Positions 19,337 through 28,956 are shown, numbered from the stretch's first letter. The stretch: 64,000 nt of DNA from Candidatus Cloacimonadota bacterium (GCA_963667255.1 OY762940.1:640001-704000), one strand, 5' to 3'. Numbers and translations are program-made. Notes: generated by a model from the letters alone, not told the origin.

Positions 19337-20116
19337 TTAATATTTATTATTGTTTATTTTTTTATAACTTCCTCTACCTTTAAATTCAATAATTCCTTTA
19401 TCCCTAAGAATTTGTAATTGCTGTCTAATCTTATCTTTGATAAAGTTGTTGTTGGGATATTTTTGTTTCAAATTTTCTTCGAAATAATACATACTCTCAA
19501 GAGAGAAATCTTCAGTTGGGATAGTATCAACACACTTCATAATATCAAGAATCCATCCTTTTGATTCTTTCTTTTTATCTCTCAGAAATAATGTTTTTTC
19601 AAAAGATTGAGTTACAATTTTGGGGTCAATTATTTTTGTATTTTTAACTAAAAAGACCTTTCCTGCATTTGCAACTTTTGAAATATTTATATTACAGACA
19701 ATCCATCCTGCTCTTCTTGCTGTTTCTTTAAGTGGCGGTCTTTTAATAATAATTTCTTCTGTGAAAAATTGTTTTGGTATTATTAAGAAGTTTTCAACTT
19801 TCCAATTTTTTGAATATGTGAGAAAAAAGAAATTCGGATTATTTTCTGAGTTTATTCTTTCAATCATTGTTGAATAAGCACCATCTGTAATAGTAGTAGA
19901 TAATTTGCCATTTTTGCTTTTTAATTCAAATTCTTCTTTGCAATTATTACAAAAAAAATCAGCAACAGGGCTGTTATTTTCAAATTCATTCAATGGGATA
20001 TTTCCACAATGTGGACAATATGAGTTGTGCAATACCCAATCTTCTGTTAATCTCCGTGCTATTTGAGAATTGCTTTTATAACCTTCTGCTAATTTCAAAT
20101 TAAAATCTAAATTCAT
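19337..20116 (-). CDS. DpnI-family (Dam-replacing) methyl-directed restriction endonuclease
   Basis: YKSNSQIARRLTEDW..YCPHCGN..FENNSPVADFFC..EFELKSK and C-terminal DKIRQQLQILRD winged helix. Confidence 0.92.
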   Translation of the reverse strand: MNLDFNLKLAEGYKSNSQIARRLTEDWVLHNSYCPHCGNIPLNEFENNSPVADFFCNNCKEEFELKSKNGKLSTTITDGAYSTMIERINSENNPNFFFLTYSKNWKVENFLIIPKQFFTEEIIIKRPPLKETARRAGWIVCNINISKVANAGKVFLVKNTKIIDPKIVTQSFEKTLFLRDKKKESKGWILDIMKCVDTIPTEDFSLESMYYFEENLKQKYPNNNFIKDKIRQQLQILRDKGIIEFKGRGSYKKINNNKY

Positions 20117-20317
20117 TTTGAAGATTTATTCGGTTGATGGGATAAGTATATGATATTCATTTTCCCACTTTTGCACATAATAGTTCAAAAAAGACCATAT
20201 ATCATTTACCTCTTCGCATATATTGATTCATTTAAAGATAATTTTATTCTATTGCTCACTTATTGGTTAATTTCTCTCTCTTCGTCAAGAAATAAATCTT
20301 CAAAAAACAAATTTTAT

Positions 20318-20360
20318 TTGACACCAATCCTCAAAATTATTTCGTGCATATGCACATAAT
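20318..20360 (+). promoter_or_regulatory. Promoter region with palindromic operator upstream of DUF134 operon
   Basis: TTGACA at 20318; perfect palindrome GTGCATATGCAC at 20344-20355. Confidence 0.55.
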
Positions 20361-20369
20361 AAGGAGAAA

Positions 20370-20657
20370 TTGATGCCAAGAAATCGTAAAATCAGAAAAT
20401 GTAGATATCTCGGAAAGGACAGAGTGTTCAAGCCATTGGGATTCCCAGGGTGCGAACTCGGAGAAGTTGTAATTAGTTCCGAGGAGTTCGAGGCACTCAG
20501 GCTTTGCGACTACGAAGGTTACAGTCAGATAGAGGCAGCCGAGAAGATGAACATTTCCAGAGGGACATTGCAGCGAGATTTGGCATCTGGTTCCAAAAAA
20601 ATATTAGAGGCGATTTTGAACAATAACTTATTGATAATCAAGGGAGATGAGGTGTAA
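20370..20657 (+). CDS. DUF134 family HTH protein
   Basis: MPRNRK.RKC, EEFEALRLCDYEG.SQ.EAAEKM.ISRGT. Confidence 0.9.
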   Translation: MMPRNRKIRKCRYLGKDRVFKPLGFPGCELGEVVISSEEFEALRLCDYEGYSQIEAAEKMNISRGTLQRDLASGSKKILEAILNNNLLIIKGDEV

Positions 20658-21460
20658 TGGAACAAGATAGAGCAAAGCAAATGGCAGAGCAAGATGAGAA
20701 AATTGCTCAAACTTTGTCGGGCATAAAGCACAAAATTATTGTGATGAGTGGCAAAGGTGGAGTTGGTAAGTCCACTGTTACCAGCAACATAGCTTACGGA
20801 TTGTCGCGAAAAGGTTACAAGGTTGGCATTCTCGATGCGGATTTGCACGGACCGAATATTCCCGTGATGTTCGGCAGTTACGGCAAATATCCTGCTGAGT
20901 CGGGCAAACCATACCAAGTGGATGAGAATTTGTGTATCGTGTCTCTCAGCTTTTATTCGGCTAATGTGAACGACCCTGCGATTTGGCGTGGACCTGCGAA
21001 AATCGGCGTTATTCGTCAGTTGCTTGCCGACATCAATTGGGGCAAACTGGACTATCTCGTGGTCGATTTGCCTCCAGGAACTGGCGACGAGCCTTTGACC
21101 ATTGCTCAGACAATTCCCGATAATGATGGCTGTGTGATAGTGACCACTCCGCAAGAGGTTGCTCTTGCCGATACGCGTAAATCTATTGGATTTGCGGGAC
21201 TTCTGAATATGAAAGTGATTGGAGTTATCGAGAATATGAGCGGGTTTGTTTGTCCTCATTGCGGGAAAACAACGGACATCTTTAGCACGGGCGGAGGAGA
21301 AGCGACTGCCAAGAAGTATAAACTTGATTTCTTGGGCAAAATCCCTCTCAATCCGCAAATAATGATAGGAGCGGACAACGGCACACCGCATATTGGGCTG
21401 GCTGACGATTCGCCGTTTATTGCCATTGTAGATAGAGTTGAAGAGAAAACGAAAAATTGA
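20657..21460 (+). CDS. Mrp/NBP35 (ApbC) Fe-S cluster carrier ATPase
   Basis: SGKGGVGKST, DLPPGTGD, ENMSGFVCPHC. Confidence 0.94.
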   Translation: MEQDRAKQMAEQDEKIAQTLSGIKHKIIVMSGKGGVGKSTVTSNIAYGLSRKGYKVGILDADLHGPNIPVMFGSYGKYPAESGKPYQVDENLCIVSLSFYSANVNDPAIWRGPAKIGVIRQLLADINWGKLDYLVVDLPPGTGDEPLTIAQTIPDNDGCVIVTTPQEVALADTRKSIGFAGLLNMKVIGVIENMSGFVCPHCGKTTDIFSTGGGEATAKKYKLDFLGKIPLNPQIMIGADNGTPHIGLADDSPFIAIVDRVEEKTKN

Positions 21461-21469
21461 GGAGGAAAG

Positions 21470-21682
21470 ATGCCAAGATTTGACGGAAGCGGACCTAATG
21501 GTCAAGGAAGTATGACAGGCAGAGGTATGGGGAAATGCGTGAGTGAAGAAAATGTCAGAGAGCAAAACGATGTGGATAGAGGAAGAGGATTTTTTTGCAG
21601 AAGGGGCAGAGGTATGGGCTTTGGCAGAAGAAACAGATTTTTCACCAAAGATATAACAGACAAAAATAATGCTAAAGATTAA
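21470..21682 (+). CDS. DUF5320-like small Gly/Arg-rich protein
   Basis: MPRFDGSGPNGQGSMTGRGMGKC. Confidence 0.8.
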   Translation: MPRFDGSGPNGQGSMTGRGMGKCVSEENVREQNDVDRGRGFFCRRGRGMGFGRRNRFFTKDITDKNNAKD

Positions 21683-22577
21683 CGAAGCGAGTTCCGAAAA
21701 GAGAAAAGATTTCCGAGTGGCGATTGCCAGTGGCAAGGGTGGCACGGGCAAAACGACTTTGGCTGTAAATCTCAGTTTATTGTGTGCCGAGAAGTGCAAA
21801 GTTCGCTTGGTGGATTTGGATGTGGAAGAGCCAAATTCCGGACTGTTTCTCTCTTTGCCGACTTTGGATGAAAAAATTGTTGAAAGAGCAGTTCCGTCGT
21901 GGGACAAGGAGAAATGCTTTTTTTGTGGGAATTGTCAGGAAGTTTGCAATTTTAACTCCATTATCCAGACGAAAGCTGTGGTGATGGTTTTTGAGCAACT
22001 TTGTCATAGTTGTCGAGCCTGTTGGGAGTTGTGTCCATCCGGTGCTTTGCAAGCGAAATCTTATCAGGTAGGCAAAATCAGTTTTTACCGTGAGGGCAAT
22101 TTGGAGTTCATCGAGGGTCGGCTTGATGTCGGTCAGGAGCAAGCTGTTCCCGTGATTGCCGATGTGTTTTCGCATTTGGACAAAAATCCGTTTGAGCAGG
22201 GGCTGACTATCATAGATTCTCCGCCGGGCATTGCGTGTCCCACAGTAGAGACTTTCGGCAGTGTCGATTGCATTTTGTTGGTTGTAGAGCCGACACCTTT
22301 CGGGATTTATGACGCTTCGTTGACTGTGGATGTTGCCCGTAATCTGAACAAGCCTGTTGCTGTTGTCGTGAATAAATACGCAGGCGAAGACGATTTGTTG
22401 GGTAAATTTGTGGCTGACAAATCTGTAGAGATAATTGCGAAGTTCCCGCTGGATAAAAAGGTTGCGGAGATTTACTCGCAGGGATTGCCGATTTATGCCG
22501 TCAATCGTGAGATTACAGAGGGATTTTCGCAGGTTTTGGACTATTTGACGACAATGATGGAGCGGGCGAGATTATGA
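21669..22577 (+). CDS. MinD/CobQ-type P-loop ATPase with 4Fe-4S domain
   Basis: ASGKGGTGKTT, DLDVEEPN, ferredoxin Cys motifs, DSPPG. Confidence 0.88.
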   Translation: MLKINEASSEKRKDFRVAIASGKGGTGKTTLAVNLSLLCAEKCKVRLVDLDVEEPNSGLFLSLPTLDEKIVERAVPSWDKEKCFFCGNCQEVCNFNSIIQTKAVVMVFEQLCHSCRACWELCPSGALQAKSYQVGKISFYREGNLEFIEGRLDVGQEQAVPVIADVFSHLDKNPFEQGLTIIDSPPGIACPTVETFGSVDCILLVVEPTPFGIYDASLTVDVARNLNKPVAVVVNKYAGEDDLLGKFVADKSVEIIAKFPLDKKVAEIYSQGLPIYAVNREITEGFSQVLDYLTTMMERARL

Positions 22578-23452
22578 GTGATATTAGAGAAATAGTGGTC
22601 ATCTCGGGTAAAGGCGGAACGGGGAAAACCAGCATCAGTGCAGCTTTGGCGATGGTAGCAGGCACGGAAATCGTTTTGGTGGATTGCGATGTCGATGTTC
22701 CCGATTTGCATCTGATAATGTCTCCGCAAGTGCAAAAGCGTGAAGATTTTTACGCTGGAGAGTTGGCTGAGATAGACGGCGAAAAGTGTATTGGTTGTGG
22801 AGTTTGCCAAAAAATTTGTGTCTTCGGAGCGGTTCAATCTTCGGCTGAGAGGAAGTTTTCGATTGATAGTTTGAAGTGCGAGGGTTGCGGATATTGTGCT
22901 AGAGTTTGCAGGGTAAATGCGATTGCCAATTACCCGCGACTGACAGGCGAAGCGATGGTTTCCACGATAAAAACTGGGACGAAATTGGTGCATGCCAACT
23001 TATCCTTGGGCGGAGAAAATTCTGGTAAATTGGTCGCAGAACTCAAAAAGAAAGCCAGAGTAATTGCCGAGGAAGAGGGCAAAGATTTTATCTTGGTAGA
23101 TGGCTCTCCCGGGATTGGCTGTCCGGTTGTTTCGGGGTTGTCGGGAGCATCTTTGGTCTTGCTGGTGGTAGAGCCGACAGTCTCCGGATTTCACGATTTG
23201 AGGCGAGTTTTGGAGTTGGTGCAGATGTTCAGTTTGCACGCAACTGCCATCATCAATAAAGCCGATGTTAACCCGAAATTGACTCACGAGATGAAGGAGT
23301 TTTTTGCGGAAAATGAGATTGAGATTTTGGGAGAATTTGCTTATGATACAGCTTTTTCTCGGTCACTTTCTGAGGGGAAGACGATAGTTGAAGCTGAGCA
23401 GTCTTATTTACAAAAGTTTGAAAAAATATACGAAAAAATTAAAAAAGCGTAG
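22574..23452 (+). CDS. MinD/CobQ-type P-loop ATPase with 4Fe-4S domain (second paralog)
   Basis: ISGKGGTGKTS, DCDVD, CIGCGVC/CEGCGYC, DGSPGIGCPV. Confidence 0.88.
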   Translation: MSDIREIVVISGKGGTGKTSISAALAMVAGTEIVLVDCDVDVPDLHLIMSPQVQKREDFYAGELAEIDGEKCIGCGVCQKICVFGAVQSSAERKFSIDSLKCEGCGYCARVCRVNAIANYPRLTGEAMVSTIKTGTKLVHANLSLGGENSGKLVAELKKKARVIAEEEGKDFILVDGSPGIGCPVVSGLSGASLVLLVVEPTVSGFHDLRRVLELVQMFSLHATAIINKADVNPKLTHEMKEFFAENEIEILGEFAYDTAFSRSLSEGKTIVEAEQSYLQKFEKIYEKIKKA

Positions 23453-23460
23453 GAGGAAAA

Positions 23461-23796
23461 ATGAAATTTGCAATAACTTCCAGAGGACAAAGTTTGGCAG
23501 ACCCAATGGATGCAAGGTTTGGCAGAGCCGATTACTTGTTGATTTGTGAAGACGAAAAAGTTTTGAAAGTGATAGACAATACGGGAAACACGACTCAAGC
23601 ACACGGAGTCGGTCCAGTTACAGCGGCGAAATTGGAAGGCGAAGAAGTGGAGGTGCTTATCACTGGCAATGGTCCTGGTGGCAACGCCAAAAGGGTTTTG
23701 CAAGAGTTGGGCATCAAGGTTTTTGTCGGAGCAATGGATATGAGCGGCAGTCAAGCTGTTGCTGCTTACAAAGCTGACAAATTAAAAGAGTTTTAA
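23461..23796 (+). CDS. NifB/NifX-family protein
   Basis: RFGRADY, HGVG, ITGNGPG. Confidence 0.85.
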   Translation: MKFAITSRGQSLADPMDARFGRADYLLICEDEKVLKVIDNTGNTTQAHGVGPVTAAKLEGEEVEVLITGNGPGGNAKRVLQELGIKVFVGAMDMSGSQAVAAYKADKLKEF

Positions 23797-23812
23797 GAAT
23801 AAAGGAGAGAAA

Positions 23813-24163
23813 ATGAGAATAGCTTTTCCCACAAACGATAAGGTCAATGTAGAAGAACATTTTGGTCATTGCGAATTTTTCGCTTTGGTGGATGTCGAGG
23901 ATGGCAAGGTTGTTGCCACGAATTTTGAGAAATCTCCCGAGCATCAACCGGGTGTAATGCCAAAATTTTTGGGAGAAAAGAAAGCCACAGCGATTATCAC
24001 AGGCGGTATGGGTGCGATGGCGGTTAATCTTTTTGCAGAACAAAACATCGAGGTTGTTTTGGGAGCAAAAGGCACTATCAAGGAACTTACAGCAAAATAT
24101 CTTGACGGGAAATTGACAAGCAGTGGTTCTATCTGCAACGCTCACGAGCATGGTTGCCATTAA
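23813..24163 (+). CDS. NifB/NifX-family protein
   Basis: HFGHCEFF, PEHQPG, IITGGMG, C-terminal C..H. Confidence 0.88.
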   Translation: MRIAFPTNDKVNVEEHFGHCEFFALVDVEDGKVVATNFEKSPEHQPGVMPKFLGEKKATAIITGGMGAMAVNLFAEQNIEVVLGAKGTIKELTAKYLDGKLTSSGSICNAHEHGCH

Positions 24164-24192
24164 ATAGAGTTTTATAAAGTTTCATACTAATT

Positions 24193-24240
24193 AAACAGTG
24201 AGGGGTTTTCGTGGCGATTTCGGAAATCCCTTGTTGTTTA
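24193..24240 (+). terminator. Probable intrinsic terminator
   Basis: AGGGGTTTTCG...CGGAAATCCCTT hairpin followed by a T-rich tail. Confidence 0.5.
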
Positions 24241-24265
24241 GAAATCAAGCAAAAGAGGTAAAGCG

Positions 24266-25000
24266 GTGAAAGATTATTTGCAGTTGGCTTTGGATAAGGT
24301 CAAGGAAAGCCTGAGAGGAGAGTTACAAAACGAGGTGAGTATCTCGATTAGAGGTCTGAGCGTGCAGGAGGCTATCGGTAACCCCAAAAGGCAAGATTAT
24401 CCTATCCAGAAGAGTAAGGAAATAATGATACAGGCTGATTATCAAGGCTATAAGGGGCAAGCGTTTACCACCAACCCGACAGAGTTTCTTGGGACATTGC
24501 AAGAGATTTTCGAATTGGACAGCAAGAATCTGCCGAACAGAGCGATTTTGGTAGCGACTTTGAACGCTTTGGCGGCTTATCTCGGATTTTGCAAGGGGAC
24601 AATTCATTGTCACGACCAAGAACCCGAAGAGTGTGGGAAGTGGATAGTCGAGCAGTTGCTTCCTAAAAAATATAAGGTCGGAATGATAGGGCTCAATCCT
24701 GCGATTTTGCAACATCTCTGCGAAGCTGGCATCACGGTTCGTTGTAGCGATTTGGACGCTGATTTCATCGGCAAAAACAAGTTCGGTTGCACGATAGAGG
24801 ACGGTAGTTTGGTTAATGTGGAGATGGTAAAAAATACCGATTTTACTCTTTTCACCGGTTCCACTCTTTGCAACGACTCTTTCGACAAAATAATGGAGAC
24901 AATAGAAGCTAACAAGAAGGATTACGCTATTTTCGGGACAACAGCAGTGGGAGTTTGCGGAGTGCTTGGTCTAAATAGATTTTGTCCGCTGTCGAAATAA
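24266..25000 (+). CDS. DUF364-like (Rossmann-like) protein
   Basis: EAIGNP..DYP...E, RAILVATLNA, TGSTLCN, FGTT. Confidence 0.7.
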   Translation: MKDYLQLALDKVKESLRGELQNEVSISIRGLSVQEAIGNPKRQDYPIQKSKEIMIQADYQGYKGQAFTTNPTEFLGTLQEIFELDSKNLPNRAILVATLNALAAYLGFCKGTIHCHDQEPEECGKWIVEQLLPKKYKVGMIGLNPAILQHLCEAGITVRCSDLDADFIGKNKFGCTIEDGSLVNVEMVKNTDFTLFTGSTLCNDSFDKIMETIEANKKDYAIFGTTAVGVCGVLGLNRFCPLSK

Positions 25001-25065
25001 ATTTTGATTAAATTCCTAAAAAACTGGTTGACAGGAGAAGCGGTCAAAATTTTATGAGAAAAAAT

Positions 25066-25140
25066 GCGGAAGTAGCTCAGTGGTAGAGCCTCACGTTGCC
25101 AACGTGATTGTCGCGAGTTCAAATCTCGTCTTCCGCTCCA
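25066..25140 (+). tRNA. tRNA-Gly(GCC)
   Basis: Cloverleaf; TCACG-TTGCCAA-CGTGA anticodon arm; GTTCAAAT T-loop; CCA end. Confidence 0.97.
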
Positions 25141-25147
25141 TTTTTTT

Positions 25148-25221
25148 GGCGACATCGCCAAGTGGTAAGGCAAGGGTCTGCAAAATCCTCATCCCCAGTT
25201 CGAATCTGGGTGTCGCCTCCA
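25148..25221 (+). tRNA. tRNA-Cys(GCA)
   Basis: GGCGACA/TGTCGCC acceptor stem; CTGCAAA anticodon loop; CCA end. Confidence 0.97.
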
Positions 25222-25234
25222 GTTTCAATTACTT

Positions 25235-25321
25235 GCCGGAGTGGTGGAATTGGTAGACACAAGGGACTTAAAATCCCTCGGGCTTTAGTCCGTGCCGGTT
25301 CAAGTCCGGCCTCTGGTACCA
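25235..25321 (+). tRNA. tRNA-Leu(TAA)
   Basis: AGGGA-CTTAAAA-TCCCT anticodon arm; long variable arm; CCA end. Confidence 0.97.
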
Positions 25322-25327
25322 ATTATT

Positions 25328-25358
25328 AAAGTCGCTTTTATCGAAGGCGGCTTTTTTT
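25328..25358 (+). terminator. Intrinsic terminator after tRNA cluster
   Basis: AAAGTCGCTTT...AAGGCGGCTTT stem with T run. Confidence 0.7.
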
Positions 25359-25373
25359 ATAAGAGGTTTTAGT

Positions 25374-26654
25374 ATGTCGGAAATTCCCAAGATTGTTTCC
25401 ATTATCTCCTTCGGTTGCAAAGTCAATAGCTACGAGTCCGCCTGTATAGCCGAAGATTTTTCCCAAAAATACAAAGTAGTCTCCAAATATAACGCTGAAG
25501 CTGTGATTTTCATAGTCAATACTTGTGCTGTAACCGCCAGAGCAGGAGCAAAATGCAGGCAGACTATCCGCAAGATTTTGAAACTCAAGGAAGTTAATTC
25601 GCGAGTGGTTTTAGTAGTTACGGGATGTTTGGCGAATGTGGAATCGGATTCCTTGAAAGAGATAGGAGATATCGACTATTTTATCAAAGACAAGTCGCAG
25701 ATTTTCAATATTGTTCACGATTTAGAAAACCCAGTCCAATCCACTGGCTACATTGAGCAGAAAACGAATAAAATGTATAATCGCACGCGTGCTTTTGTCA
25801 AAATTCAGGACGGTTGCAATTTTTTTTGTGCGTATTGCATTATCCCTTACGCGCGGGGTGTCCCAACTTTTCGTGATTTTGGCGATGTCATCAAGCAGAT
25901 AGAGATTCTTGTCGAAAATGGCTATCGCGAGGTTGTTCTCGGTGGCATCAATATTGGTTTGTATAACTATCACGGGAAAAATCTTAAGGATTTACTTTTT
26001 GCCATAGAGGAAATTGCCGGTCTAAAAAGGATGAGGATTTCGTCCATCGAACCGCAACATGTGAAGTCGATTTGGAATTTTATTTGCTCCAGTAAGAAGC
26101 TTGTTCATCATCTGCATATTCCCTTGCAATCGGGCAGTGATGAGATTTTGCAAGCTATGGGCAGACGATATGAGGCGAAGGAGTTTGAGGATTTGGTCGA
26201 AGATTTGAAGAAATTTGATTCTCATTTTGCTATCGGTTGTGATGTGATTGTGGGTTTCCCAAATGAGAGCGAGGAGAATTTCCAAGAGAGCTATTCGTTC
26301 ATCAAGAAATTACCGCTTTCCTATTTGCATGTTTTCCCATACTCTTTGCGGAGAGGCACGAAAGCAGCAGGAATGAACGGGCATTTATCCCAAGAAATAA
26401 AAAAGAGGAGAGCCCATCTTTTGGGAGAGTTATCGCTAACAAAGAAAAGAGAGTTTGCGGAGTTGCTCATCAAGGATAAGGTTGTTCTAACCGCACAATT
26501 GGAGCAGAAGAAAGGGAACTATGCGACAGGTGTCAGCGACAGATATTTGCCAGTTTATGTGGCGGATTTACCCGCAGATGGCAGAGAGGTGCAAATTTTG
26601 CCAGGTACTCTATTCAATGACGGTGTGCTTGGGAAATGGAATGGCTTAAAATAA
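25374..26654 (+). CDS. mtaB: tRNA threonylcarbamoyladenosine methylthiotransferase (radical SAM)
   Basis: GCKVNSYES, NTCAVT, KIQDGCNFFCAYC, HVFPYS..GT.A. Confidence 0.9.
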   Translation: MSEIPKIVSIISFGCKVNSYESACIAEDFSQKYKVVSKYNAEAVIFIVNTCAVTARAGAKCRQTIRKILKLKEVNSRVVLVVTGCLANVESDSLKEIGDIDYFIKDKSQIFNIVHDLENPVQSTGYIEQKTNKMYNRTRAFVKIQDGCNFFCAYCIIPYARGVPTFRDFGDVIKQIEILVENGYREVVLGGINIGLYNYHGKNLKDLLFAIEEIAGLKRMRISSIEPQHVKSIWNFICSSKKLVHHLHIPLQSGSDEILQAMGRRYEAKEFEDLVEDLKKFDSHFAIGCDVIVGFPNESEENFQESYSFIKKLPLSYLHVFPYSLRRGTKAAGMNGHLSQEIKKRRAHLLGELSLTKKREFAELLIKDKVVLTAQLEQKKGNYATGVSDRYLPVYVADLPADGREVQILPGTLFNDGVLGKWNGLK

Positions 26655-26686
26655 GCACTTACAACCATTTACCCAAATAGAAAGTT

Positions 26687-27142
26687 TTATCCAATAGTAA
26701 TAGTATAAGCTTGCTCACCTTCAATATGTAAATTTGGTTTGCTTCCATCAAACCTAAAATATTTACAGCCTTTACACCTATCAATACCATGGTTTCTTTG
26801 AGAGAGACATCCTAAACAACCACCGTGAAATATTATGTTAGGGTTATTACCTCTAATTACCTTAGCATCAGGTAGGTACTTTTTATACATTTTACTACTA
26901 TTTTGGTCTTTCCAAATATGATAATCTATGTAGTCATTATCTCTCAAAGAATCACTATCACCATATCTACCATCAATTTTTTCAGCAACCCAAATTTGCT
27001 CAAACTTATCTTCCTTAATAAAACTACTGTCTATATTCAGGCTTGTTTCTCCCAATTCCGTAGGATTACTATCTATAACAACATGTATATCACATTGCTT
27101 AGTTTCTGTCTTTTTACCAAATAATCGTTTAATCCAATTCAT
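26687..27142 (-). CDS. Hypothetical Cys-containing protein, cassette-like
   Basis: AAGGAG RBS; CLGC and CKGC motifs; its start lies inside an attC-like hairpin. Confidence 0.7.
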   Translation of the reverse strand: MNWIKRLFGKKTETKQCDIHVVIDSNPTELGETSLNIDSSFIKEDKFEQIWVAEKIDGRYGDSDSLRDNDYIDYHIWKDQNSSKMYKKYLPDAKVIRGNNPNIIFHGGCLGCLSQRNHGIDRCKGCKYFRFDGSKPNLHIEGEQAYTITIG

Positions 27143-27199
27143 TTTATCTCCTTAAATTTGTTCTTAATTCCGCAACGTGGCATACACAAAACGTTCTTT
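27073..27199 (+). mobile_element. attC-like recombination hairpin
   Basis: CTATAAC at left end; arms TGTATATCACATTGC / GCAACGTGGCATACA (12/15 complementary); GTT at 27193. Confidence 0.55.
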
Positions 27200-27262
27200 A
27201 TAAATAGGGGGAAAATTACTTTTTAATCTCGTTTGTCTTTTGTATCCAATTTGTTGTTTCTA

Positions 27263-28924
27263 TTACACAAAGCCAACTTTAGTTGCCGTGTTACTTAAAG
27301 TTTCATCAGTACAAAAGCCCATCAATTTTGAAAATGAAACTTTCTCATTATAAATTATTTCATGGATTTCATTTTTGCGGAAAATATTATCAATTTGGCC
27401 ACTCGAGAAATCAAATTTTTCTGCCAATAAATCACAATTCTGTTGAGTTAAAAAAGGCAATTTTAGTTTCCAAATTTTTGATCTAACATCAATATTAGGC
27501 TTTTGGAATTTGATTTTAAATAAAAATCTTCTTTCAAAAGCAGAATCGAGATTATTTGATAGATTTGTAGTTGCTATCAAAATTCCTTCAAAATTTTCTA
27601 ACTCTTCCAGAAGAATATTTTGTATCGCATTTTGAGTTTGACCAGTACTGGAAATGTTGATGTCTATTCTTTTAGAAATTATAGCGTCAGCTTCATTAAA
27701 AAATAGAATAGGTACCTTAGAGCAATCTTTTGAATAAAAATTATAATCAGTAAAAATTTGTTTTACTATTTTTTCACTTTCTCCAAACCACATTGATTTT
27801 GATTGGCTTAAATCTACATGAATTATCTCTCTTTTGGTTTCTCTAGCTATCTGTTTCACTATTTCTGTTTTGCCAGTGCCAGGTGCTCCATATAGCAGAA
27901 CAACAATTCCTTTTGGCAAATTTTTCTCTGTTAAACGTTTTTGGGTACTTTTGAATTTTCTTTCTTTCAATAAATTTTTTAATAGGTAAAGTTGTTCCAT
28001 CTCTGTGTTGCTAAAAATTAATTTTCTTGAGGGTATTTTATCAGAGAAAATTATGTTTTTTTCATTTTTTTTATTAATGGTTATATTGATTCCACATTCT
28101 TTAAGTAAATTTAGAGAAAAATCTGTGAGAGCAACTTGTGTATCTTGCACAAATCTTGCTTTTACAATTTCGATTAAATTTTGTTCTATAAGAACATTTT
28201 CCCCAGAGCTAATTTTTTGTAAAATTTCCACCACTTTTACAGTTTTATCATAGATTATATCTATAACTCTTCTAATTTCAAAGCTTTTAGTTCCTCGCAT
28301 TGTATTCCAAATTAAATGGACATATATGTAAAAATTTTCAACATCTAATTTTAAAGAATTTATCTTTTTTAATAGAGGAAAGTGCTTGTTCGCTTCTCTT
28401 ATCTCTTCAACAGTTTCAAAAAATTCTTCGGTTGTAATATTATCATCATCGCGATTATATAATGCTTGTGAGAAGCTCGACAAAACATCATAAATATTAG
28501 AAATCTCATTTTCTTTTATTTGGGGAATAGGCTTATTCTGGATAATTGCTCTAGATATTTTGCTATTTACTCTATATAAATGTTTGCATATTCTACCTTT
28601 TACTACAGCATTCCAGAAAGGTCTTAGTAAAATACCAGAGCGAATTAGATTTAAAATTTCTTCTTGAAACTTAAAGATTTTTACTGTGCTACAACAAAAA
28701 TGGTCGGCTAACTCCTTATAAGTTGGAGATTCTTCTTGAGATTCAAAAGCAAAGATAAGAGAAATAAAAAAAGCTTGTATTTTATTAGTTTTGAATTGTT
28801 TTGCAAGGTAGGTTAATTCAGGGTCTATCTTTGTAAAAAAAGTTTCCTCTAACTTAGAATCATTAGATTCTTCATAAACTTTTTCTATGGTTTCTATAAT
28901 TATGAATTTACCTTTTTTTGTCAT
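27263..28924 (-). CDS. AAA+ ATPase with large N-terminal domain
   Basis: GAPGTGKT Walker A; ILFFNEAD variant Walker B; ATTN; LDSAFERRF arginine finger. Confidence 0.88.
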   Translation of the reverse strand: MTKKGKFIIIETIEKVYEESNDSKLEETFFTKIDPELTYLAKQFKTNKIQAFFISLIFAFESQEESPTYKELADHFCCSTVKIFKFQEEILNLIRSGILLRPFWNAVVKGRICKHLYRVNSKISRAIIQNKPIPQIKENEISNIYDVLSSFSQALYNRDDDNITTEEFFETVEEIREANKHFPLLKKINSLKLDVENFYIYVHLIWNTMRGTKSFEIRRVIDIIYDKTVKVVEILQKISSGENVLIEQNLIEIVKARFVQDTQVALTDFSLNLLKECGINITINKKNEKNIIFSDKIPSRKLIFSNTEMEQLYLLKNLLKERKFKSTQKRLTEKNLPKGIVVLLYGAPGTGKTEIVKQIARETKREIIHVDLSQSKSMWFGESEKIVKQIFTDYNFYSKDCSKVPILFFNEADAIISKRIDINISSTGQTQNAIQNILLEELENFEGILIATTNLSNNLDSAFERRFLFKIKFQKPNIDVRSKIWKLKLPFLTQQNCDLLAEKFDFSSGQIDNIFRKNEIHEIIYNEKVSFSKLMGFCTDETLSNTATKVGFV

Positions 28925-28956
28925 ATAATGAACTCCTTTATTTTATTATGAAAATG

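Noticed and set aside
20525..21907. Long antisense ORFs (460 aa here; also 3954-4970, 48928-49890, 55176-55988 and many shorter)
   Set aside because: They are shadows of well-supported genes on the opposite strand and have no motifs.
25066..25321. tRNA cluster (and tRNA-Arg at 56220) as island integration sites
   Set aside because: They are followed by housekeeping genes; I saw no duplicated tRNA 3' end or integrase.
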